Positions 47,138 to 57,420 are shown, numbered from the stretch's first letter. The stretch is DNA of 64,000 bases from Deltaproteobacteria bacterium (GCA_020353155.1 CP070689.1:686682-750681), one strand, 5' to 3'. Notes: generated by a model not told the origin, from the sequence alone. Program-made: numbers and translations.

Positions 47138-49303
47138 TTACTCTATCTTAAACTCACTAACCCTTGATCTGAGCTCCTCCGAGAGTCGGTTGAGATCGCT
47201 TGCTGAGGAGATGGTGTTCTTAGAAGCAGCCGCAGTTTGCTGTGCCACTTTAGAGATTTCTCTCATGGTGTTGACCACCTGTTCGCTTGCCTCTTTCTGT
47301 TGGTTTGTGGCCACAGAAATCTGCCTCGCCGATTCCGCAGTTTGCTCAGCCATGGCAATAATGTTTTCCAAGGCGTCCCGCACCTTGTTCAGGCGTACTT
47401 CCCCTTCCTCAACTCCCTTGACATTCTCCTCAGCTGCAAGAACCGAAGCATTTGCGGCCGACTGAATCTCCAAGAGCACATCCCGGATGGTACCCGTGGA
47501 TTTCACTACATCTTCGGCAAGGCGGCGAATCTCTCCGGCCACCACGGAGAAACCTTTACCTGCCTCCCCTGCTTTTGCCGCTTCAATGGCCGCGTTGAGG
47601 GAAAGCATTTTGGTTTCTATGGCTATTTCATTGATTATATCAATAATTTCACCTATTTGCTGGCTTTTTTGCCCCAGCCTGAGAATCTTCTCAGCGCTTT
47701 CTTCGGTTTTGCTTCGAATCAGGACCATGCTCTTGGTACTCTCTTCCATGAAATCCTGTCCTTCTTCGGCGCTCTTCAAGGTCTCTTCGGCCACAGCGGT
47801 TACGGCGTTACTGTTTTCGGCGATCTGCCGGGCAGTTGTGCTGAGCTCCTCCATAGTTGCGGTAGTCTCACTTACCGAAGCCGCTTGCTGTGCCGCGCCA
47901 CTCGCCTGCTGCTGAGCTGCCGACACGATCTCGCTGGAGGAGTTGCCTATGCGAGACGCTGCCTCCTGACTCTGGCCGGTCATCTCCCTAAGATTGTTCA
48001 CCATAGCGTTGATTGCCTTGCCGAAAGGGCCTGGGAAAATCACCCGCTGGCTGAAGTCTCCACCGGCAATTTTCTGTGCCTGTCCGGCAAGCAAAGTAAA
48101 GTTCTGGTGCATGGAGTCAAAGGCCTCAGCTAGCATTCCCACTTCATCGCCCGATGCGAGGGCGACCTTCTCGGAGATCTCTCCCTCAGAAATCTTTCTG
48201 GCATATCGCCCCAGTTTGCTCAGGGGCTTGGTAAAATTACCGGCAAGAATATAGGCAAGGTAAAATCCGATAAGTAGGATTAGCAAGCAGGCAAGGCTAG
48301 TCATCCAGAAAACATTTCTCAGGGGTGAAAAGAATCCGCTGCTGTCTGCTTCACTGACCAAAAATCCGTTCAAGTCTTCTATCTTATGGAAGGCGTAGAT
48401 CTTGCCCTGAAGTTTGTCCACATAGGTGCCGAAAGGTGTCCGAGCCAACTCGCTCATCAGCCCCTCCGGTAGCACAGGACTCGATCCTTGCGGGTGGCTA
48501 GCAATCAAGGATCCAGTGGAGGCAAGCAAATAGGTCGAAGTGGAACCACCAACTCTTAACTTTCCCAGCACCTCCTCTAGCCTCTCTATTTTCTTGTGCT
48601 CGGCTAAATTTCTCCAGTTTTGGGTGCTGGAAACCAGGTCAAGCTTGATACGCTGAGCTTCTATTGCCTGACTTTCTAAAGCTTTCTTACTTTCCACATA
48701 GCTGATGGAACTCACAAAAAGAACGGCAATGAGAACCAGCGAACCACAAGTGACCCACAGCTTTTGAGAAAGACTCATGCCCTTTAGGGACACCCGTTCC
48801 GGCAAGCTGCTCATAAACTCTGCCATCGCCGGAAGAGTGATAGCCTCCATAGTAAAAAGGCTAAAAATAGAGTAGAGCAAACAAATAACAAGTCCTGCCA
48901 GAAGGCTCTGGAGAGTCTGAGCTAGGCTGAAATGAGCCATCAACCTCATCGCCAGAGTTCCCAGTAAAAAGATTCCATATCCGGCCGCAAAGAGGCCTAG
49001 GGCCAGACGTCCTGGCAATTTAGCACCCAATTGCAGAGTAGCGGCCGCTTCCTGGAAATCCAACTCGCCATCAGTAGAAATGGCTCTCTCGAGTGAAAGG
49101 AGTTGTCGACCGTACTGCATGGGCAAAAGCATAAAGAGGCCAAGCAGTAAAACCGCTTCAACAAAGTAAATAGCCAGAAAAGACCGGACCTGACCACCAG
49201 CCAAGTCAACGCTGAGCCAGAGGTAGGGCAGCCCAAGGATTAGAACTACATAGACAAACAACATAGCCTGGTTCCAAACGATCTTTTTCTTGAGTCCACT
49301 CAT
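47138..49303 (-). CDS. Methyl-accepting chemotaxis protein with a multi-TM N-terminal sensor module.
   Basis: 721 aa. About 5 N-terminal TM helices, a ~150 aa extracytoplasmic region, a sixth TM, then HAMP. The MCP signalling domain follows, including the highly conserved hairpin region ETKMLSLNAAIEAAKAGEAGKGFSVVAGEIRRLAE. Confidence 0.9.
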   Translation of the reverse strand: MSGLKKKIVWNQAMLFVYVVLILGLPYLWLSVDLAGGQVRSFLAIYFVEAVLLLGLFMLLPMQYGRQLLSLERAISTDGELDFQEAAATLQLGAKLPGRLALGLFAAGYGIFLLGTLAMRLMAHFSLAQTLQSLLAGLVICLLYSIFSLFTMEAITLPAMAEFMSSLPERVSLKGMSLSQKLWVTCGSLVLIAVLFVSSISYVESKKALESQAIEAQRIKLDLVSSTQNWRNLAEHKKIERLEEVLGKLRVGGSTSTYLLASTGSLIASHPQGSSPVLPEGLMSELARTPFGTYVDKLQGKIYAFHKIEDLNGFLVSEADSSGFFSPLRNVFWMTSLACLLILLIGFYLAYILAGNFTKPLSKLGRYARKISEGEISEKVALASGDEVGMLAEAFDSMHQNFTLLAGQAQKIAGGDFSQRVIFPGPFGKAINAMVNNLREMTGQSQEAASRIGNSSSEIVSAAQQQASGAAQQAASVSETTATMEELSTTARQIAENSNAVTAVAEETLKSAEEGQDFMEESTKSMVLIRSKTEESAEKILRLGQKSQQIGEIIDIINEIAIETKMLSLNAAIEAAKAGEAGKGFSVVAGEIRRLAEDVVKSTGTIRDVLLEIQSAANASVLAAEENVKGVEEGEVRLNKVRDALENIIAMAEQTAESARQISVATNQQKEASEQVVNTMREISKVAQQTAAASKNTISSASDLNRLSEELRSRVSEFKIE

Positions 49304-49330
49304 GGGAAACAGATCCCTCCTTGACCGTTT

Positions 49331-49747
49331 TTAGCCCTCATATTGAAGATCTACTAGCAGGACCAACTCATCATTCCATTGGCAGACACCCCACAGTTGC
49401 TTCCATTGCTTCTGAACATCGAGCAAAGGTGGTAGCTTCCATACCTGTCTGGTCATGTCGACTGATATGAGATCGCCTACCTTGTCGACTTTATAACCCA
49501 TCTTTTCCTCACCCCGATCTATGATTAGGATTTGCCGGTGATTTTCACTTGGCGCTGGGGGCAGACCGCACGCCGTCCTCAAGTCCAGTATGGGTAAATG
49601 ATCAGCTGATCCAATGTCTGGAGTAGGTGACATCTGCCGGGATGGAGGGGGCAGTCTGAGTACCTGATGGGCCTCTACACCTAAGAGGAATGGACCAACC
49701 CAAAAGGTGAGAATCGCCAGGGTAGCAGCCTCGTCGGTACCTACCAT
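49331..49747 (-). CDS. cheW: CheW-like coupling protein (divergent, FrzB-like position).
   Basis: 138 aa. The CheW fold pattern (ILTFWVG...LPILDLR...ILIIDRGEEKMGYKVDKVGDLISV) is recognisable but diverged. Confidence 0.7.
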   Translation of the reverse strand: MVGTDEAATLAILTFWVGPFLLGVEAHQVLRLPPPSRQMSPTPDIGSADHLPILDLRTACGLPPAPSENHRQILIIDRGEEKMGYKVDKVGDLISVDMTRQVWKLPPLLDVQKQWKQLWGVCQWNDELVLLVDLQYEG

Positions 49748-49750
49748 GAT

Positions 49751-50287
49751 TTATCCTCGCTCTGAATACATATCTTTTGACCCAAAGATCCCTTCAAGTT
49801 TGATGATACTCAAAAGGATATCACCCCAGTGTGTCGCCCCCTCAAAAAATACACGTTGCAACTCACCCGCGGTAATTGCCTCCTCACTCAAATCATCCGG
49901 GGCCAGTTCTATTAGGTCACCGATCTCGTCTACCAATAAACCCGTCTGCATCTCACCCTGTTCCACCACAACGATGGCCTGGTCAGCCGTTGATTCGCTC
50001 TGAGCCAACCCGAATAATTTCTTTAAATCAACGGCCGATAGCACTTCCCCTCTGAAATTCATGACCCCGAGGATGTGATCGGGGACACTGGGTACCCGGG
50101 TAATCTTGGGTATCGGCAGTACCTCCACCAGTTGGTAGACGCTCAAACCGTACCATTCAGCGTTGAGACGGAAAGTGAGATATTGTTGTTGGGGGGTATC
50201 TAAGGTATCTTGGGCAAGATGATTTTGCTGAGCCCGGCGGACCTGCTCAATAACATTTTTCCCTGGTCCGGTTGGGGAATCTGGCAT
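49751..50287 (-). CDS. cheW: CheW coupling protein (FrzA-like position).
   Basis: 178 aa. YLTFRLNAEWYGLSVYQLVEVLPIPKITRVPSVPDHILGVMNFRGEVLSAVDL is a canonical CheW. Confidence 0.8.
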   Translation of the reverse strand: MPDSPTGPGKNVIEQVRRAQQNHLAQDTLDTPQQQYLTFRLNAEWYGLSVYQLVEVLPIPKITRVPSVPDHILGVMNFRGEVLSAVDLKKLFGLAQSESTADQAIVVVEQGEMQTGLLVDEIGDLIELAPDDLSEEAITAGELQRVFFEGATHWGDILLSIIKLEGIFGSKDMYSERG

Positions 50288-50374
50288 GCAATAAACTCCT
50301 CACTTCCATATAGCCATCTACGCCAGCGCCAAAAAAATGCAAGTATCCGATGTGGGCTAGCTCCTTACCCCTCA

Positions 50375-52540
50375 CTACTGTTCCCGGCCGTAAATGGATA
50401 GCACCCGGTTGATTCTGGCTAGCAGCAGGTTGGCAACAATTGGTTTGGGAATATAATCATCGGCGCCAGCCTCCAGACCCTCCACCTCATTTTCTACCTC
50501 GTCCATAGAAGTGAGAAGAATCACCGGTATTATACTGGTCTGCAAATGACCTTTGAGCTTTTTAACCAGGGAAAGACCATCGAGTTTGGGCATAACCACA
50601 TCGGAGATAATCAGATCGGGCCTCTCCCTATAGACCTTCTCCAAGGCTTCCTCCCCATCGGTGGCTAGCACCACATCGTATTGGGCTTCAGTCAATACCT
50701 TTTCCAGCATCTTGCGGATGAAGGGATCGTCGTCCACTGCCAAAATCCGCAGCTGATCCCTAGATGGCTCAGGAACTTTATCTTCCGCCAACCCTACAAC
50801 TGCCTCCTCCACTGGGGCCACAATGCCTTTTACCTCCGGCGGTGGCGCCACCCTCATCAACTCTTCAACCGAGGTTACTCCCTTAAGAAGCTTGTCTCGA
50901 CAGTCACCAAACATGTCGTCGATTCCTCGCTCTCTGGCATTTTCTGCAATCTCGGTATCCGAAGCTCCTTTGACAATAAGTTTCCTCAATTCATCATCGA
51001 CCCTGAGTACCTCGTAGATCCCGATTCGCCCCATGTAGCCTGTAAACTGACAGGCTTCACAACCCTGACCTTTCTTGATTTTATTTTCAAAGTTTTTCGT
51101 ATCGGAGAAGCCAAATCGGGTGAGTAGCTTTTTGTCCACCTTGTCAGACATCAGGCAATGGGGGCAGTTTTTCCTAACCAGCCGCTGTGCCAGAACGCAA
51201 AGGAGCGATGAGGCGATAACATAAGGGTCGACGCCCAAGTCCACCAGTCTAGTCACTGCCGAGGAGGCATCGTTGGTGTGCAAGGTTGTCAAGACCAGGT
51301 GGCCTGTGTTTGCTGCCTGGAAAGCTATTTTTGCTGTCTCCGCATCTCGGATCTCCCCCACCATGACCACGTTGGGATCCTGTCGCAGGATGGAGCGCAG
51401 TCCGGAGGCAAATGTTATTCCTGCTTTCTCGTTTACCTGGACCTGACTGATACCTGGCAGCTGATACTCCACGGGGTCTTCTACAGTTACGATGTTTATC
51501 ACCTCTGATCTCAAACGGTTGAGAGATCCATAAAGAGTTGTACTCTTGCCGCTACCAGTGGGTCCTGTGACCAGAACTATACCTTGCGGCCTGGTGAGCA
51601 TGGAGGTGTAGACTGACAGGTCGTCAGATTTGAAACCAAGTTCTTCGAGATCAATGAATGCCTTGGACTGGTCTAATATGCGGATTACCACCTTTTCGCC
51701 AAAGATAGTGGGCAGGGTGGATATACGCATATCAAATTGATTCTTGCCGACCTTGAGTTTGGTGCGGCCGTCCTGTGGGCGCCGCTTAACCGAAATGTCC
51801 ATATCGCCGATGATTTTGATTCTGGAGACCAGTGGGGCCAAAGCTGGTAGGCCAACTTTGAAGATGTTTTTCATCATCCCATCGATACGGTAACGCACGG
51901 ACACCTCTTTTTCATGGGGCTCGATGTGGATGTCGCTAGCGCTTAGTTTAATGGCGTCGGCAAGAATTGCATTGGTCAACCTGACAATGGGAGCTATCTC
52001 AGATTGACGGATGAGCTCGTCTACGTCGTATTCGTTGTCTTCCCTTTCCTCGGCGAGAACTTCCACCTCCTCCGTGGGAACCATGGTGGCGAACATATCG
52101 AAGTCAAAATCATCCCCGTATTTCTCGTCTATGGCCTCACGGATATCTTCTTCGGCAGCAACCGCTACTGACACATCAAGTCCCGTCTTGAATTTGACCT
52201 CGTTAATAGTGCCATAATCCAGCGGATTGGCCATGGCAAGACGGAGACGTCTTCCTGTCTTTTCATAAGGAAGGATGAGCCTTCTGTTCGCCTGCTTTCT
52301 AGAGATGGTTTCGAGGACCTCCTCCGGGATTTCCAGATTTTTAAGTTTGACGTGAGGGATATTTAGCTGTTTGGACAGGGCCTGGCAAATATCCTCATCC
52401 TTGGCCCACTGCTTCTCAACGATGATTTTACCGAGATGTTTCTTTGTTCCCTTTTTCTGTTCTTCCAGTGCTGTAACCAGTTGATCCTCGCTGATCAATC
52501 CAGCTTCCACTAGAATCTGACCAAGTTTTTTCCGTCGCAT
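50375..52540 (-). CDS. MshEN (c-di-GMP-binding N-domain) plus GspE/PilB/MshE-type secretion/pilus ATPase plus a C-terminal CheY-like receiver. A three-module fusion.
   Basis: 721 aa.
- Residues ~5-50 carry two tandem MshEN 24-mers: KLGQILVEAGLISEDQLVTALEEQ and HLGKIIVEKQWAKDEDICQALSKQ.
- T2SSE N1 region (RLILPYEKTGRRLRLAMANPLD).
- ATPase core with Walker A LVTGPTGSGKSTT, Asp box/Walker B VMVGEIRD, His box TGHLVLTTLHTND, and the tetracysteine CPHC...CEAC.
- The C-terminal REC has LAVDDD, ISDVVMP (the phospho-Asp), LLTS and IPKP. Confidence 0.85.
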   Translation of the reverse strand: MRRKKLGQILVEAGLISEDQLVTALEEQKKGTKKHLGKIIVEKQWAKDEDICQALSKQLNIPHVKLKNLEIPEEVLETISRKQANRRLILPYEKTGRRLRLAMANPLDYGTINEVKFKTGLDVSVAVAAEEDIREAIDEKYGDDFDFDMFATMVPTEEVEVLAEEREDNEYDVDELIRQSEIAPIVRLTNAILADAIKLSASDIHIEPHEKEVSVRYRIDGMMKNIFKVGLPALAPLVSRIKIIGDMDISVKRRPQDGRTKLKVGKNQFDMRISTLPTIFGEKVVIRILDQSKAFIDLEELGFKSDDLSVYTSMLTRPQGIVLVTGPTGSGKSTTLYGSLNRLRSEVINIVTVEDPVEYQLPGISQVQVNEKAGITFASGLRSILRQDPNVVMVGEIRDAETAKIAFQAANTGHLVLTTLHTNDASSAVTRLVDLGVDPYVIASSLLCVLAQRLVRKNCPHCLMSDKVDKKLLTRFGFSDTKNFENKIKKGQGCEACQFTGYMGRIGIYEVLRVDDELRKLIVKGASDTEIAENARERGIDDMFGDCRDKLLKGVTSVEELMRVAPPPEVKGIVAPVEEAVVGLAEDKVPEPSRDQLRILAVDDDPFIRKMLEKVLTEAQYDVVLATDGEEALEKVYRERPDLIISDVVMPKLDGLSLVKKLKGHLQTSIIPVILLTSMDEVENEVEGLEAGADDYIPKPIVANLLLARINRVLSIYGREQ

Positions 52541-52837
52541 AGTCCGAGTTTACCGTTTGTCATCCATTGCAGAAATAAGCTCACCCCTTGGCGAAACTGA
52601 AAGCAAAAAGCGGTTAGGGGTGATTTCGCCTTTGCAGTTCATTAGCATATCCTTGATATATTTACAATAGATATGCAGCTGACTCAAAATCTCTCTGGTG
52701 CCGCACTAGACAGGGTTTAACTGCTCTCGTATAATTATTATTCAGCCGGAACAACTTAGTAGTTAAGTAAGCATCATTTATGATTTTAGATTGCAGATTG
52801 GGGCTGAATCCATTCCTTGAGACTTGGTTCTGACACC

Positions 52838-52873
52838 TTAAATCTGAAATCTACACTCTAAAATCTAAAATCG
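52838..52873. repeat. Tandem TNAAATC heptamer array in the tilS and che-operon divergent region.
   Basis: TTAAATC TGAAATC TACACTC TAAAATC TAAAATC G. Confidence 0.7.
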
Positions 52874-52905
52874 CTGGACTCCAATACTCCGCAACAAAGG
52901 TTTCC

Positions 52906-54300
52906 ATGCTGCTTAAAAAGGTCCAAGATACGCTGACAACCTACCGTATGCTCCAAGCAGGTGACCGCGTGCTTGTGGCCGTATCCGGCGGCCCTGATTC
53001 GGTAGCTCTCTGTCACGTCCTTTATCAACTTCGCCAGACCTACCCTGTCGAATTGCTGGTGGCTCATGTCCACCATGGTCTGCGTGGCAGTGAAGCTGAC
53101 CAGGACGCTTCATTTGTCCAAGACCTTGCCCGCCAACTAGGGCTGCCAGCTGTGGTGCAAGAAGTGAATGTCCGCAGCTGGCAAAAAGAGCATGGTGGTT
53201 CACTGCAAATGGCTGCCCGGGCACTGCGCTACCAATGTCTGCACCAGATTATGGCCAATGAGGGAGCCAGCAAGCTCGCCCTAGGCCACAATGCTGATGA
53301 TCAGGCGGAAGAGATCCTGCTCCGAATCTTCCGCGGTGCAGGTCAGCGCGGTCTTACCGGCATGCCGCCCTGCAACCGCAAAGGAGTCATTAGACCGCTG
53401 CTAGAATGCCACCGCCATGAAATTACATCCTATCTGGAAAACCGGAGCCTTGCCTACAGGCAAGATGAGTCCAATTTAAAGCCCTGGTGCCAGCGCAACT
53501 TATTGCGGCTAGAATTACTGCCCCGGCTCCAACAAAATTTTAATAGCAATTTAAGTGCCACCTTACTGCGGACCAGCAATATCTTTCGTGAGGAAGAGGA
53601 ATTCTGGGACGCCCTACTATCTGCGTGGTTGGATCAATATGCTATTGAAGGCGAAGGCGGTGGGCTGCGTCTCCCTCTTGGGCCGCTCCTGGAGACTCAC
53701 CCTGCCATGCAAAAACGTTTGCTCCGTCGGGTGGTGGAAAGGGTCAAGGGGGACCTCAGAAGCTTTGGTTTTCATCATACGGAAATTCTCATGCAATTAT
53801 GCCGCTCTGCTGCAGCCAATAGCCAGATTGACCTGCCAGGAGAGGTTAAAGCGGAGAAGAATTATAGCTGGTTGACCATTGGATTGCGCCAGCAGACCCC
53901 CGAAGATTTCTATTACGAAATCGCTGGACCAGGCAACTACCCCTTTCCCCGCTTGAATCACAGGATGTTGCTGGAAAAAGTTCCTGCGGATCTGGCCAGC
54001 GAGTTAAGTCGTCACCCCACCGAAGCCCTGATGGACCTGGACAGGGTATCTTTTCCCCTCGTGCTAAGGTCTAGCAAGGCCGGAGACCGCTTCCGCCCCT
54101 TAGGCCTGGGTGGTGGCAAAAAGCTTAAAAAATTCTTCATCGATGCCAAAATTCCGAGAGGCCAGCGTCGTAGAATTCCAATTCTTTGCAGCGGAGAACA
54201 AATTATCTGGGTTGTCGGCCACCGGCTGGACGATCGCGTTAAGGTTACCGTAAACACCAGTCGGCTCTTACGACTCTTGTATGTAGAGGGGTTAGAGTAA
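52906..54300 (+). CDS. tilS: tRNA(Ile)-lysidine synthetase.
   Basis: 464 aa. The PP-loop SGGPDS in VLVAVSGGPDSVAL, plus the C-terminal TilS substrate-binding domain. Confidence 0.9.
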   Translation: MLLKKVQDTLTTYRMLQAGDRVLVAVSGGPDSVALCHVLYQLRQTYPVELLVAHVHHGLRGSEADQDASFVQDLARQLGLPAVVQEVNVRSWQKEHGGSLQMAARALRYQCLHQIMANEGASKLALGHNADDQAEEILLRIFRGAGQRGLTGMPPCNRKGVIRPLLECHRHEITSYLENRSLAYRQDESNLKPWCQRNLLRLELLPRLQQNFNSNLSATLLRTSNIFREEEEFWDALLSAWLDQYAIEGEGGGLRLPLGPLLETHPAMQKRLLRRVVERVKGDLRSFGFHHTEILMQLCRSAAANSQIDLPGEVKAEKNYSWLTIGLRQQTPEDFYYEIAGPGNYPFPRLNHRMLLEKVPADLASELSRHPTEALMDLDRVSFPLVLRSSKAGDRFRPLGLGGGKKLKKFFIDAKIPRGQRRRIPILCSGEQIIWVVGHRLDDRVKVTVNTSRLLRLLYVEGLE

Positions 54301-54327
54301 GCAGTTCTCAGCTTGCAGCCTTCTCAA

Positions 54328-54424
54328 CTAGGCAGTAGGCACTTAGCACTACTAGTTCTTAGGTTAAATTCGCTGCCTAGTGCTTAGTCCCTAGTGCCTA
54401 GTTGCTTATTCGCTCTGCGCACAG
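54328..54424. repeat. Inverted composite TGCCTAG-family array plus a CGCTCTGCGC element, 3' of tilS.
   Basis: CTAGGCA GTAGGCA CTTAGCA CTACTAG TTCTTAG (reverse orientation) ... GCTGCCTAG TGCTTAG TCCCTAG TGCCTAG TTGC (forward) ... TTCGCTCTGCGCACAG. Confidence 0.8.
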
Positions 54425-54619
54425 ACTTTACCGGTGGGTTACCCGGTCTGGCACAACTTTCGCAGGCTCTATATCTTCGATTCATTCTCTTTTGTTTTCT
54501 AAGCCCTTATATGCCCAACGGAATCGCCGTTGACATTTACTTTGCAATGACTAATTTGATATGCTAGTACTACAAATTGAAAACTAAAGACTCGACCTCA
54601 AGGTCTGAGGAGAGAAGAA

Positions 54620-56575
54620 TTGAGCCCTTTCTACAAAAATTTAGCTCTCTGGCTGGTTATCAGTTTGATGGTAATTTTGCTGTTCAACATGTTTAACCAT
54701 CCTGGCCAAAGCAAGCAGGAAACGAGCTACAGCGAGTTTATCGCCGCCGTTTCCGACGGTGAAGTGAGTCAGGTAACCATTCAGGGAAATGACATCTACG
54801 GCAAGTTCAAGGACGGTACCTCCTTTAGGACTTTCGTTCCCAATGATCCTAACCTTATTCAGGAGCTGAGGGACAAGGGAGTACAAATTTCCGCCAAAGC
54901 GGTGGAAGAGTCCCCTTGGTTTATGACCATCCTCATCAGCTGGTTTCCCATGCTCCTCCTGATAGCCGTATGGATTTTCTTCATGCGGCAAATGCAGGCC
55001 GGTGGCGGCAAAGCTATGTCATTCGGCAAAAGCCGAGCAAGGTTGATCTCAGACTCGGCCCGCAAGGTGACCTTCGAGGATGTGGCCGGCATTGAGGAGG
55101 CCAAAGAAGAACTCGAGGAAGTTATCGAATTCTTACGTGATCCTAAAAAATTTACCAGATTAGGAGGGCGAATACCCAAAGGTGTACTTCTCGTCGGCCC
55201 TCCCGGTACTGGCAAAACCCTGCTGGCCCGAGCTATTGCAGGTGAGGCAGGAGTGCCTTTTTTCAATATCAGCGGCTCCGATTTCGTCGAGATGTTTGTG
55301 GGTGTTGGTGCTTCTCGGGTCCGAGATCTCTTCGTTCAGGGCAAGAAGCATGCCCCCTGCATCATCTTCATCGACGAGATCGACGCTGTGGGTAGGCACC
55401 GCGGGGCCGGTCTTGGAGGTGGCCACGACGAACGCGAACAGACCTTGAATCAGCTCCTGGTGGAAATGGACGGCTTTGAGTCCAACGATGGTGTTATTCT
55501 AATTTCTGCGACCAACCGCCCCGATGTCCTCGATCCTGCCCTCCTGCGTCCAGGCCGCTTCGACCGTCAGGTAGTTGTTCCCCTGCCAGATCTCAGAGGC
55601 AGAGAGGGAATACTCAAAGTTCATGTTCGCCAAACGCCTCTGGCCTCTGATGTGGACCTCCGCGTGGTCGCCCGCGGTACCCCCGGCTTTTCCGGGGCTG
55701 ATTTGGAAAACTTGGTTAACGAGGCCGCCTTGCTCGCAGCTCGCCTGGATAAAGACCAGGTGGAGATGATCGACCTTGACTTGGCCAAAGACAAGGTCCT
55801 CATGGGCACCGAGCGCAAAAGCATGATAATGAGCGAAAAGGAAAAGCGCAACACAGCCTACCATGAGGTGGGCCACGCCCTCGTAGCCAAATTTCTTCCT
55901 GGAACAGACCCGGTTCACAAGGTAAGTATTATCCCTCGGGGTCGCGCCTTGGGAGTGACAATGACCCTGCCCATCGAGGACCGGCTCTCTTACGATCAGG
56001 AATACATGAAAAGTACCCTGGCCAAACTCATGGGCGGCAGGGTCGCCGAAGAGCTCGTTTTCAATCACCGCACCAGTGGTGCCAGTGATGATATAGATAA
56101 AGCCACTAACATAGCTCGCAAAATGGTAACGGTTTATGGCATGAGTGAATCTCTTGGGCCAATAGCTTTCGGTCAGAAAGAGGAGGCTATTTTTCTCGGA
56201 CGGGAGATTGCCCAGCATCGAGACTACAGTGAGCAGACTGCCATCAAGATTGACGAGGAAGTGCGCCGCATAGTCGAAGAGGCTTATGAAACCGCCAAGA
56301 GTATTCTTCAGGAACATGAGGACCTTCTCCACAAAATCGCTGAGACCCTTATCGACAAGGAGACTCTAGACGGCAAAGAAATCGACGCCATCATTGTGGC
56401 CACCAAACCCGGCCAAGAGTTTACCCGAACCGTGACCGCTGAGGATGTCGTTGCGGGGGAACGGGCCCAAAAAGAGATCAGCCAGCCTCAAGCGGAACCC
56501 AAGAAAAAGAGGGATCCTGTTGCTGCCAAAGAAAGAGACCTTCCCAAGGACAAACTCGGAGAGACTCAGGCGTGA
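54620..56575 (+). CDS. ftsH: ATP-dependent zinc metalloprotease FtsH.
   Basis: 651 aa. Two TM helices. AAA+ Walker A GPPGTGKT, Walker B IIFIDEID and the SRH. Zn protease HEVGHA motif. Confidence 0.95.
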   Translation: MSPFYKNLALWLVISLMVILLFNMFNHPGQSKQETSYSEFIAAVSDGEVSQVTIQGNDIYGKFKDGTSFRTFVPNDPNLIQELRDKGVQISAKAVEESPWFMTILISWFPMLLLIAVWIFFMRQMQAGGGKAMSFGKSRARLISDSARKVTFEDVAGIEEAKEELEEVIEFLRDPKKFTRLGGRIPKGVLLVGPPGTGKTLLARAIAGEAGVPFFNISGSDFVEMFVGVGASRVRDLFVQGKKHAPCIIFIDEIDAVGRHRGAGLGGGHDEREQTLNQLLVEMDGFESNDGVILISATNRPDVLDPALLRPGRFDRQVVVPLPDLRGREGILKVHVRQTPLASDVDLRVVARGTPGFSGADLENLVNEAALLAARLDKDQVEMIDLDLAKDKVLMGTERKSMIMSEKEKRNTAYHEVGHALVAKFLPGTDPVHKVSIIPRGRALGVTMTLPIEDRLSYDQEYMKSTLAKLMGGRVAEELVFNHRTSGASDDIDKATNIARKMVTVYGMSESLGPIAFGQKEEAIFLGREIAQHRDYSEQTAIKIDEEVRRIVEEAYETAKSILQEHEDLLHKIAETLIDKETLDGKEIDAIIVATKPGQEFTRTVTAEDVVAGERAQKEISQPQAEPKKKRDPVAAKERDLPKDKLGETQA

Positions 56576-57420
56576 ACCGGGCGCGCTTTACCCTTCGCTG
56601 CGGTGATCATACACTGGAGTTGGGCGGACGGACCCTGCTCATGGGGACCATTAACGTTACTCCCGACTCATTTTCTGACGGCGGCCGCTTTTTCCAAACA
56701 GACCACGCCATCAAACAAGGGGAGTTGCTTGCCGCTGAGGGAGCGGACATCCTGGATGTGGGCGGCGAGTCTACCAGGCCGTTTTCCGATTCGGTGGCTA
56801 TTGAAGAGGAGCTGCGGCGGGTCATCCCAGTTGTGGGCGAACTGGTCAAGCGAACTTCCCTGCCCATATCAATCGATACGCATAAGAGTCAAGTTGCCAG
56901 AGCAGCCCTGGATGCAGGTGCCACAATGATCAACGACATCAGTGGGCTCCGCTATGACCCGGAATTGGCTCAACTGGCTGCGACCTCACAGGTAGCACTA
57001 GTTCTCATGCACATGCAGGGATCCCCCCGCACCATGCAACTCGAGCCTCATTATGGATCGCTGCTTTCCGAAATAATAGGATTTCTTGAAGAACGGATTC
57101 AATTTGCCTGCGAGGCGGGTGTTTCCCGAGACCAGATCATCGTTGATCCTGGCATTGGTTTTGGCAAGACTGTTCACCACAATTTACTCCTTATTAAAAA
57201 TTTAAACTCCTTTGCCACCCTGGGGCGGCCTATACTTCTAGGGACTTCTCGCAAGTCATTTATTGGTGCCGTATTGGAAAAGGAGGTAACTGAGCGTGAG
57301 CCTGGTAGCTGGGCCACGGTCTGCGCCGGCATTATTAAAGGAGCCCACATTGTCCGGGTCCATGAAATCACCACCTGCCGGCAAATGGCAGATATGGTCG
57401 ACGCCATTATTAACGCATAG
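56572..57420 (+). CDS. folP: Dihydropteroate synthase.
   Basis: 282 aa. [14 protein letters not shown] and DVGGESTRP pterin-binding motifs. It overlaps the ftsH stop by 4 nt. Confidence 0.9.
   Translation: MNRARFTLRCGDHTLELGGRTLLMGTINVTPDSFSDGGRFFQTDHAIKQGELLAAEGADILDVGGESTRPFSDSVAIEEELRRVIPVVGELVKRTSLPISIDTHKSQVARAALDAGATMINDISGLRYDPELAQLAATSQVALVLMHMQGSPRTMQLEPHYGSLLSEIIGFLEERIQFACEAGVSRDQIIVDPGIGFGKTVHHNLLLIKNLNSFATLGRPILLGTSRKSFIGAVLEKEVTEREPGSWATVCAGIIKGAHIVRVHEITTCRQMADMVDAIINA

Noticed and set aside
47237-48133. A 298-aa ORF on the + strand, and a second 142-aa ORF at 47487..47915.
   Set aside because: They are antisense to the MCP signalling domain. The Ala/Ser/Leu-rich MCP coding sequence produces long open frames on the opposite strand. 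The protein is low-complexity and not credible.
55499-56332. A 277-aa ORF on the - strand.
   Set aside because: It is antisense within ftsH, whose annotation is certain. It is spurious.
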